From Rebecca billardiae RCC1528 (taxonomy: Eukaryota > Protista > Haptophyta), in assembly GCA_965240325.2 (NCBI GenBank), contig OZ251239.1, positions 372,001 through 436,000 on the forward strand: 64,000 bases of DNA, in the 5' to 3' direction. The notes under the pieces are model-generated. The model saw only the letters and a list, made by a program, of their open reading frames with translations. It was not told the origin of the DNA and did no database searches. Position 1 is the stretch's first letter. Every line of letters starts with the position of its first letter. A program made the translations under genes and the position numbers. Below are positions 56,601 through 64,000 of the stretch, piece after piece.

Positions 56601-59600
56601 GGCGCGCCGCTGTCGTTGGCGCCGCGCGCGTGCCACGAAGGGTCTCTCGCCGCGCCGCCGTGCTCTGCGCCAAGCTCGGCGTCGGCGGCGCGGCGGGCGC
56701 ACACGCTGAGCTGCCTCCACGCTGTTATCGCCTGCCGAGCGCGCGCCCGCCGCCGCGCGCTGTCGAGCACGCGCGCCGCCCGCTCCCCGTCCACAACCAG
56801 AGCGGCCGCGCTCGCGTTGGCCGCGCTCGCGTGCGCGCCGCGCGCGTGCGCGCCGCCGTCGTCTCCGCCGGATGTCTCGCACGAGGCGTCGGCGCGCGGC
56901 GGCGTCTGTGTCGCCGCCGCTGTCGCGAAGACCGCATTCGGCACGTCCGCGCCGCCGTCGGTGCCGCCGGCTGTCGCGCACGCGGCCTCGGCGGCGCGCG
57001 TGTCCGCGGGCGCGCTGGCGCACGCCGCAGCGCGGTCTGAAGGGCTGCTCGCGCCCGCGCTCGCCGCCGAGCCCGGCACCAGACGCCTGGGCGGCGCAGC
57101 TCGGATTTGGTAGCACCCACTACCCCTGCCCGCCGCGCCGCGCCCGCCGTGAGCGGACGCGCCGCGCCCGCGGCCCCTGGCTGAGCCGAAGGTGGCGGGC
57201 GGCGGGGGCGACGCGCGCGGCTGGGCGGCGTAGCTCGAGGTCGGCGAGATGCCATCTCGTGCGCTCGTGGACGGGGCGCGCGGCGTCGGCGCGAGCGCGG
57301 GCAAGCTGTGTCGCCTCGTGCTGGCGCCGCACTCGTCGGGCGCGCACGGGCCGCATGCCGCGTCCGCGACAGCGCACGTGCCGCACGCCGCGTCCAAGCG
57401 CGTAGCTGCCGCGGCGACGTGCCCGCATGGCGCGGCGCCGAGCGGAGGCGCCGCCGCGGGCGCACCCATCGCGGCGACGCGCGAGCGCGCCGGGCAGGTG
57501 CCGCTCGGCACCGCCGCGGCCGGCGCGGCGGCGGCGGCGGCGGCGGGCGGCGGCGGGCGCGGCGAGAGCCGCTGCGACGGCGTTGTCTGCACGCCCATGT
57601 CTGTGCCACCAACCTGCACGGCGGCGTGCGCGCACACGGCCGCGCGCGCCGATGCAGGCGTCGCAGCCGCAGCGTCACCGCCGCGCGCCGCCTCCGCGCG
57701 CGCCGCCCCGGCGCCCGCCAGGCTGTCCGCTGGGCTCGCTTGGGTGGCGGCCGACGCGAGAGCCGTGGCGGAGGCGGCGGCGCGCGCGGCGCGCGCGGCT
57801 GCCGGCGCCGCCGCACCCGGCGCCGCGGGCGCCGGCGGGCTGGTCGCTGCGCACGCGCGCGCGCCCTGCGCCACCGCGGCGAGCGCCGGCATGGACTGCA
57901 CGCGCGCGTGAGACAGCCGAGGCGGCGGCTGGGCGGCACACCAGCACTCGGTGGCGCGTCTGCGCGGCGGCGCGTCCGCACTGCCCGCGCCGTCAGCCGG
58001 CGCGGGCGCGGCAGCCACGGCCGCGCGGCGCTCGGCGGTGGGCGGCGCGGCGGCGCTCTCCTCGGCGGCCAGCGCCAGCCGCGCCTCGAGCGCCGAGCTG
58101 CTCAGCTGCGTGTCCGATGCCGACCAGCGAGTCAGTCGCTCGCACGCGGCGCGGCGCGGCGCGCTGCCGCTTCGAGGCGCGGCCTGGACGGCCGCGCTGT
58201 CGGCCGCGCCTGGCGCGCTGCCGAGGTCTTCGGGCGGCGAGCCCACCGACGCGAGGAACTGCGCCGCGCGCGAGCCGCGCGGCGACGCGCCGAGCGCCGG
58301 GCCCGGGCTGCTGCTCAGGCACGCCGCGGCCGCGCGCGCGTCCGCCTCAGTCGCAGCAGCATACACTTGTGCGCACGCGTTGACGAGCTCGCCTCGCGCC
58401 GAGCCGAGTCCGCAGCCGAGCGTGGAGTTGGCGCGGCGGTACGCGGGGAGGCGGCCGTCGGCGTGCGCCGCGTCGACGGCGAGCAGCCCGCTCGCGCCCG
58501 CCTCCGCGCCCTCCGCGCGCGCGCCGCCCGCGCCGCCGCCGCCCGAAGGCGGCCCTTCTGGAGGGCGCTCGTGCGACCACGCGCTCGACGGCAGCACGGC
58601 AAGGCTTAGGGTGTGCGGCCCGTGGCCCGGGCTGGGCTGCGCCGTCGGGTAGGGCTGGGCGCCGCCGCTCAGGGAGGCGCGGCTCGCCTTGCTGAAGCTG
58701 CCGGCGGGGCTGCCCACGCCTGACGAGCCGCTCGCGCCCCTTCGGGAGCTGCCCACGCCGAGGAGCTGCGATTCGCTCGCTCCGCGTCTGAAGCTACCTG
58801 CGCCCGAGCGCGGCTGCGTGTCGCCCGCGGCGGCCCTTCGGAAGCTGCCCGCGCCCGAGCGCGGCTGGGCGTCGTTCTCGGCGCGGCCCCGTGGGCCGGG
58901 CGCGCGGTACGGCCGCAGCAGCGCGCAGCCGGCGTTGCTGTCAAAGTCTGACGAGGAGCTCGCCTCGCTGCGCGCGTCGCTGCGCGCGCTTACAGACGTG
59001 TGCTGCGGGCTGAGGCCGGCAGAGCGAGCGCCGTCGCCGCCCTCGGCGGCGGCTGCGGCGGCGGCGCCGTCCGCGGCGGCCGCGGCGGCCATCGCTTCGG
59101 ACAGCAAGTCCGTGCTGGAGTCCGCGCCGTTCACCGCGTCCACGCTCACCGAGGAGCACTGGCGGCGCAGCGCGGCGCACGCCATCTCGCGCTCGAGATT
59201 CGCATCCTCCTCCGCGGCCTGCGCGCGCCGGCGCTCCGCCTCGTCCGCCGCGGCGCGGTTCGCCATCAGCAGGCTCGCGCGCGCGCGCACGGTCGTGCTC
59301 GCGCCCGTGCGCACGGCGCGTGCCGCCTCGGCCGCAGGCGCGGCCGCCTCGCCTTCCTTCGCCGCCCCCGAGGAGCGTGGCGGCACGGCGCGCGTCGCGG
59401 GCGCGGCGCTTGGCTTGTGGCCTATCGTCGCGGCGCGCGCGCGCATCTGCTCGCGCGGGCTGTCGCGCTTGCCGCCGGCGCCGGCGCCGGCGCCGGCGCC
59501 AGCGCCGCCGCGGGCGGCCTGCCTGCCGCCGGCCGCGGCCGAGCCCTCCGCCGCCGCGGCCGCGCCTGGCGAGGAGCCAGCAGACGAGCACACGGCGTCC

Positions 59601-60262
59601 ACGCTCTCGGCGGCCGAGCCGCGGCGCGCGATGAGCATGTCGAGGCTCGGCGGCCTGCCCACCGGGCTCGCCGTCTCGTCGCGCCGCTCCGCGTACCCAT
59701 CGACGACGCGGGCGCCTCCTGCCGCGTCGGCGCCGGTCGCGATGCCGCAGTGCGCGCGCGGCGGCGGCGGCGGCAGCGGCGGCGGGTGCTGCTGCGCGGC
59801 GGGCGAGCGCGGCTGCCGCGCGCCAGGCTCCACGCCCGTGCGCGCGGCTGACGCCGGCTTCCCGCGCCGCGCTGCCTCGCCCGCGCCCGCGCCGCCGGCG
59901 CTGCGCGCCGCGTCGCCGTGGCGGAGGTTGGCAGCAGCATGCATGCCTGCATAGGTGGTCATGCGCGCGCGCTCCGCGTCGGCCTCACGGAGCACGCCGG
60001 TGAGCTGGCGGCGGAGGGAGTCGGCCTCGCGCGCGGCGGCGTCGGACGCGGCGCTCGCCTCCTCCAGCTGGTGCCGGAGCGAGCTCATCTCGCGCGCCGC
60101 TGCCTCCAAGCCGGCCGCCTCGTCCTCCCGCTGGATGCGCAGGCTCAGTGCCTCCTCCGCGGCGAGCGCGGCGCGCGCGGAGGCCTCGGCGAGGCGGTGG
60201 CGCAGAGAGGCGAGCTCTTCGGCTGGTGTGTGCCGAAGGTCCGCCCCGGGGCCCGGGTGCAT
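53639..60262 (-). CDS. Very large low-complexity hypothetical protein with N-terminal coiled coil; contains introns (one at 54457-54179); 3' exon structure uncertain
   Basis: Stop-free frame of more than 2100 codons; EELASLRHRLAEA/EMSSLRHQLEEA heptads; GSVWDRLY motif; GTGTGC...CCGCAG intron. Confidence 0.6.
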   Translation of the reverse strand: MHPGPGADLRHTPAEELASLRHRLAEASARAALAAEEALSLRIQREDEAAGLEAAAREMSSLRHQLEEASAASDAAAREADSLRRQLTGVLREADAERARMTTYAGMHAAANLRHGDAARSAGGAGAGEAARRGKPASAARTGVEPGARQPRSPAAQQHPPPLPPPPPRAHCGIATGADAAGGARVVDGYAERRDETASPVGRPPSLDMLIARRGSAAESVDAVCSSAGSSPGAAAAAEGSAAAGGRQAARGGAGAGAGAGAGGKRDSPREQMRARAATIGHKPSAAPATRAVPPRSSGAAKEGEAAAPAAEAARAVRTGASTTVRARASLLMANRAAADEAERRRAQAAEEDANLEREMACAALRRQCSSVSVDAVNGADSSTDLLSEAMAAAAAADGAAAAAAAEGGDGARSAGLSPQHTSVSARSDARSEASSSSDFDSNAGCALLRPYRAPGPRGRAENDAQPRSGAGSFRRAAAGDTQPRSGAGSFRRGASESQLLGVGSSRRGASGSSGVGSPAGSFSKASRASLSGGAQPYPTAQPSPGHGPHTLSLAVLPSSAWSHERPPEGPPSGGGGAGGARAEGAEAGASGLLAVDAAHADGRLPAYRRANSTLGCGLGSARGELVNACAQVYAAATEADARAAAACLSSSPGPALGASPRGSRAAQFLASVGSPPEDLGSAPGAADSAAVQAAPRSGSAPRRAACERLTRWSASDTQLSSSALEARLALAAEESAAAPPTAERRAAVAAAPAPADGAGSADAPPRRRATECWCAAQPPPRLSHARVQSMPALAAVAQGARACAATSPPAPAAPGAAAPAAARAARAAASATALASAATQASPADSLAGAGAARAEAARGGDAAAATPASARAAVCAHAAVQVGGTDMGVQTTPSQRLSPRPPPPAAAAAAAPAAAVPSGTCPARSRVAAMGAPAAAPPLGAAPCGHVAAAATRLDAACGTCAVADAACGPCAPDECGASTRRHSLPALAPTPRAPSTSARDGISPTSSYAAQPRASPPPPATFGSARGRGRGASAHGGRGAAGRGSGCYQIRAAPPRRLVPGSAASAGASSPSDRAAACASAPADTRAAEAACATAGGTDGGADVPNAVFATAAATQTPPRADASCETSGGDDGGAHARGAHASAANASAAALVVDGERAARVLDSARRRARARQAITAWRQLSVCARRAADAELGAEHGGAARDPSWHARGANDSGAPTTHTHTPPSAAAAAAAAAELGGERRRSAQCATPWSLPRLRLRLALGELVTEGTRARRLAARRLARAATAESERASAPSTPAAGGAGRGRERAPSLTPAQPLSAPPSHPVPRPYRAPSLGGGGAEAAQTSGAHAEPAAPPPLAVRSEPPRAAVSRTAACARRASPPPGPACAAEAAAPRAPGGGAGAAELDARRAAACAAPRAASAGAAGLMRTAVSVGGSPRGGACVAGAAAGARADRVDRTSSYSPPGVVGARALLRAGARAARAGAGARSVPTPRPAWLRRPHRPPDRETSALARALSLAPRGAGSHLSERLGLPDFLPPPRTPASLAGLIGSYARLSATAPPRLGGAAPPGDAAAPSPPRAAPPPGACGGRRSEPTPGGAAGASAADGAEGGGECRSEDEAGAAEEVGGGGVGGAARGALQLPPDLPPAPLGSPSPAPNAASPAAILTPEPIWTGPGCAGRAARHSCDYSGERGEGGSGGDGGASGVRRNSCGSGDAAQRAGPATEGGTAGRSVLELRHAALLRAATAALLASRETSALRADGGRGRSQHRLAHAPGFVPTAIVAPSALALFMGGRPDTPDPPGGATRRRGSAALPGGSSGAGQPRAAGLADGAARAPPARGRGLSAPRPQPTSTSPRRAGGSVWDRLYRAAADRHSARAASAAGSPAGPRAGAARGGSARRSPRASPPLGRSTAASANAAWLGGGAERAQVCAALRRALRGASPRAHTTALARARAGPVLPAAGRARHPPCGQGACAHLHPSARSHPPSPRAAPRGLLPARRARPVRTRPVRCVCAPQPCAPQPTKSAEWSAFAMAAALLDTGSELSAAPRARSSTPPHSARADAPQDGGELAPWANAHAAPEPPRSRDAARRVVPPPPPNLRGSVLVTRRGRGYLSPTEASSARARAAERAPAPVRKCAVRGGVLMTARRAAPAAPMRRAAANDDRGSTSSGLGLWPAMRELDAAPAAGTTSRDRARRRSA

Positions 60263-60945
60263 GCACCAGCGAGACGGGCGCACTGCTGGGTGCCGCCGAC
60301 TGCTGGCGGCCTCGCCGCGCGCGAGCGAGCCCCCTTACGGCCTGGCTGGCCTGCCTGCGTGCGCCGGGAGCAGACGCGCCGAGCCGCCGAAATTCTTTTT
60401 CCCCTGGCTGCGGCTGCGCGGTCGGTGTCAAAAATGCAAAATGCCGCCTCCGGCCCTCCGCCGATTATTTCGAGTTAATTGGATTTTCTGCCGCGTCGAT
60501 CTCGCCTCCATCTCCAGCCCCTGCTTCAACCTGCGTATGTACTGTATTGGGTATTCATTAGGGCCCGTCATATGCCTTATCATAGGCCCAGAGCTGGCGC
60601 ATAGCCGATGAACAGCCACGCGTCAGCAGCGAATAGAAGCTCTGACCGCGGCTGGGTACGTATACCTATCCCGCCTGTCCCGTTACCGGGACCTGCGCCA
60701 GGTGCCCGAGCGAGGCGACGGGCCAATGCCTCCAGACGGGCACCTCTCCGGCGCTCACATTAAGAACGGATCGCTCGCTGGTGTTTCGTCCGAGCGAACG
60801 GTGAATCAGCCAATCCTGGAGAGGCGCGCGCTGGCGAGGCCCCCCCGCTCGGAACAGCTCAGCGCCCGCACTGCTGCCCCTCCTCGCGCTCGCGACAAGA
60901 GCCCACAGCCCGCGGCCCGCACCGCCGCCGCAAACGTCCAGCGCC

Positions 60946-63178
60946 ATGCAGCCGCCGATGCCGCAGCAGAACATGGGCCCGGGTGGGCAGCCGACGCACG
61001 GGATGCCGAGGTGCGCCCCGCCCCGCGCCGCGCGCGCCGCCGCCTCGCCCGGCCGCATGCGCGCGCGCGCGCGCGCGCGCGGCGCAGCCACCTGGCAAAA
61101 GGGGGGCGGGCGATCGCGGCGCGTCTGCGCGGCGGTGTGACACGGCGGTCGTGGCGCGCGTCGCGCGCGTGTTCGGCGTGGCACGCGCAGGTACCAGCAC
61201 TACGGCCCGCAGAACCCCGGCCAGCAGATGCCCATGCCACCGCCCACACGCCCTGGCCAACAGCCGGCGGGCGCGCCGCCGCTGCCGATGGGCCACTACG
61301 CGCAGCAGCCGCCTCTGCCGCCGCAGCACCACATGCCGCCCGGCGTGCAGCCGCTGCCACCGCACGCCCAGCAGATGCAGTACGCGCCGCACCACATGCA
61401 GCAGCCGCAGCAGCCGCCCTACCCGCCGTACTCGCACGCGCCGCCGCCGCAGCAGCCCTCGGCCCCAGCGTACGCGTCGGCGCAGCACCAGCAGCCGCCG
61501 CTGCCGCAACCGCCGCTCCCGCCGGCGCAGCAGCAGCCCGCGCCGCCCGCCTCGCACCCCGCCGCCTCGCAGCCGCAGCAGCCCTACGGCGCCTCCGACG
61601 GCGCGCTCCGCGCGAGCGCGCCACCAAAGGACCCGCGGCCCAAAACTGAAGACGTGACCTCGACGCGCGGCAACGACTTCGAGGATTACTTCCTGAAGCG
61701 CGAGCTGCTGATGGGCATCTTCGAGGCGGGGTTCGAGCGCCCCTCGCCCATCCAGGAGGAGTCGATCCCCATCGCGCTCGCCGGCCGCGACATCCTTGCG
61801 CGCGCGAAGAACGGCACGGGCAAGACGGCTGCGTTCACGATCCCGTCGCTTGAGCGCGTCGACGCGTCGAAGAAGGCGATCCAGGTGCTGCTGCTCGTGC
61901 CGACGCGGGAGCTGGCGCTGCAGACGTCGCAGGTGTGCAAGGACCTGGGCAAGCACCTCGGCCTCGAGATCATGGTCTCCACCGGCGGCACCTCGCTCAA
62001 GGACGACATCCTTCGGCTCTACAACACAGTGCACATCCTCGTCGCGACGCCCGGAAGGCTGCTCGACCTGGCCAACAAGGGGGTGGCGCAGCTGCAGCAG
62101 GTGGTGACCGTGGTGATGGACGAGGCGGACAAGCTCCTCTCGCCCGACTTCCAGATGCTCGTCGAGGGCATCTTTGACTACCTCCCGCCGCAGCGCCAAA
62201 TCCTGTGCTACTCGGCCACGTTCCCGGTCAAGGTGAAGGACTTCAAAGACAAGTGGATGCGCAAGCCGTACGAGATCAACCTGATGGAGGAGCTCACGCT
62301 CAAGGGTGCGCGCGCGCAACCGAGCGCGCGCGCGCCGAGCGAGCGCACGGGGCGCCGGAGCGGGCCGAGAGCGAGCGCGCGAGCGAGCGCGCGCCGTCGC
62401 CGCGCGCGCGCCGCCGCCGCCCTCGGCCGAGCGCGCTCACACGCGCGACGCGCACGCGCCCCGCACCCGGCTGCCGCGCGCGCGCGCCGCGCGCGCGCAG
62501 GCGTGACGCAGTACTACGCGTTCGTCGAGGAGCGGCAGAAGGTGCAGTGCCTCAACACGCTCTTCGCCAAGCTGCAGATCAACCAGTCGATCATCTTTTG
62601 CAACTCGGTCAATCGCGTCGAGCTGCTCGCCAAGAAGATCACCGAGCTTGGATACTCGTGCTTCTACATCCACGCGAAGATGCTGCAGTCGCACCGCAAC
62701 CGCGTGTTCCACGATTTCCGCAACGGCGCGTGCCGCAACCTCGTCTCCTCCGACCTCTTCACGCGCGGCATCGACATCCCTTCCGTCAACGTCGTGATCA
62801 ACTTTGACTTCCCGCGATCGGCCGAGACCTACCTGCACCGCATCGGCCGCTCGGGGCGGTTCGGGCACCTCGGTGCGCGGCCGCGCGCGCGTGCGCGGCG
62901 TGGCACACGGCGCGCGCGCGCAGTGCCGCGCGCTGCGCAGTCGCGCGCGGCGGCGGCGGCGGCCCCTGGGCGCACGTGTTGGGCTGGCGGTGCGCTCACG
63001 CGCGCGCTCCGCTGCGCCGCGCGCCCCTGCCTGCGCGCGCGCGCGCGCAGGCCTCGCGGTCAACCTCATCACCTTTGACGACCGCTTCAACCTCTATAAG
63101 ATCGAGAAGGACCTGGAAACGACGATCCAGCCCATCCCGCCCACCGTCAACCCGGAGCTGTACGCGTTCAGCGGCTAG
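60946..63178 (+). CDS. DDX6: DEAD-box RNA helicase DDX6/Dhh1 (exons 60946-61010, 61191-62305, 62501-62872, 63051-63178; 559 aa)
   Basis: [65 protein letters not shown] and [13 protein letters not shown] motifs; P/Q-rich N-terminus. Confidence 0.97.
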
Positions 63179-64000
63179 CGGGCGGCGGGCCGCGCGGCGG
63201 CCAGGCCGACGCGCGGCGCAGGCGGCGCCGGGCGCGAGCCGTGGGCGCGCCGGGCCGGGCGTCGGTGGGCGCGTCCCCGCGCACCCCTTGCGGGGCGTGC
63301 GGGGTGCGCCCGCCGCGCGCGCCCGGCTGCGCGCGCGCGCGCGCCCGCGGCCGGCTGCGCACACGCCCGCACGTGGAAGCCTCGCGTGCGCGGCGCGCGC
63401 ACAGCCGGCCGCGCGCTGCCTGCGCGCACGCGCGCGGCCCAGCCGCCGCCCGCCGCTGCTGCACACCAAACCTCCCATCCTCCTCCACGTCCACGCGTCC
63501 ACGCTGCACGCGCTCACGGCTCGCACCCGCTGCAAGTCGCGCGCGTGCGCGCGCGCGCGCACCGACTGCGGTGCGCGCGCGCGCGCGGCTGGTCAGGCTA
63601 GCCACGCGCCCTGGGCGCTCGCGCGCGCGCTCACTGGGCGCGCGCGAGCTCCCAGGCGTGCGGTATCGGCCCGGCCGTACGGCCTCTTCACGCGCCGCCG
63701 GCGGCGCAGCGCATGCGCGCGCACTCGTGCGCGCGCGCGCTCCGCGCCCGCCCGCGGCGGCCTACTATGGCCTCCATGCTGTCCGTCCTTTTCTTTTTCT
63801 TTTCTTTTCTTCTCTTCTCTTTTTGCTCGTCGTCTTCGTGCCTCGGCTGCTGCTCGCCGCCGCGCCTTCTCCCATCCGCATCGCACGCTTCGTCGCCGCT
63901 CGACCTCGCCCGAAGCTCCGCACGCCACCCGCGCTCACCCCACGACCAGAGCGCTTTCTGCTCGAGCGCGCCCGCGCGGCGCCGCCGGCGCCATCCGGTG

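Noticed and set aside
63593-64000. Lys/Glu-rich minus-strand frame, possibly the 3' end of the next gene
   Set aside because: Truncated by the window edge; frame and product cannot be established

Overview
Very GC-rich eukaryotic nuclear DNA with short spliceosomal introns of the form GTGCGC...CGCGCAG. The composition and intron style resemble a haptophyte alga such as Diacronema/Pavlova (inference; not provable from this window). About 23 protein-coding loci are supportable, many as compact divergent pairs. They include an F-box protein, an IQ + multi-GAF protein (4 exons), an EamA/DMT transporter, a Mic17/CHCHD2-like protein, two 2OG-Fe(II) dioxygenases, ankyrin proteins, a standalone bacterial-type OMP decarboxylase (pyrF), a VIP36/ERGIC-53-like lectin, an EBAG9-like protein, a Bcr/CflA MFS transporter with two compensating frameshifts, a rhomboid, a sulfotransferase and DDX6/Dhh1. 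Non-coding DNA holds nested TIR elements (1-1467), a 1.5 kb (TATC)n array, a 1.3 kb TIR element with a target-site duplication (TSD) (40755-42048), a tRNA-derived SINE-like family and a 1.9 kb tandem duplication. The most striking pattern is that duplicated intergenic sequences differ by short insertions that look like DNA-transposon excision footprints (e.g. TA -> TACTGTA), suggesting the intergenic DNA is partly built from accumulated footprints. No CRISPR array, rRNA, intact transposase or RNA-guided nuclease was recognised. Most long ORFs in the supplied track are GC-rich shadow frames.
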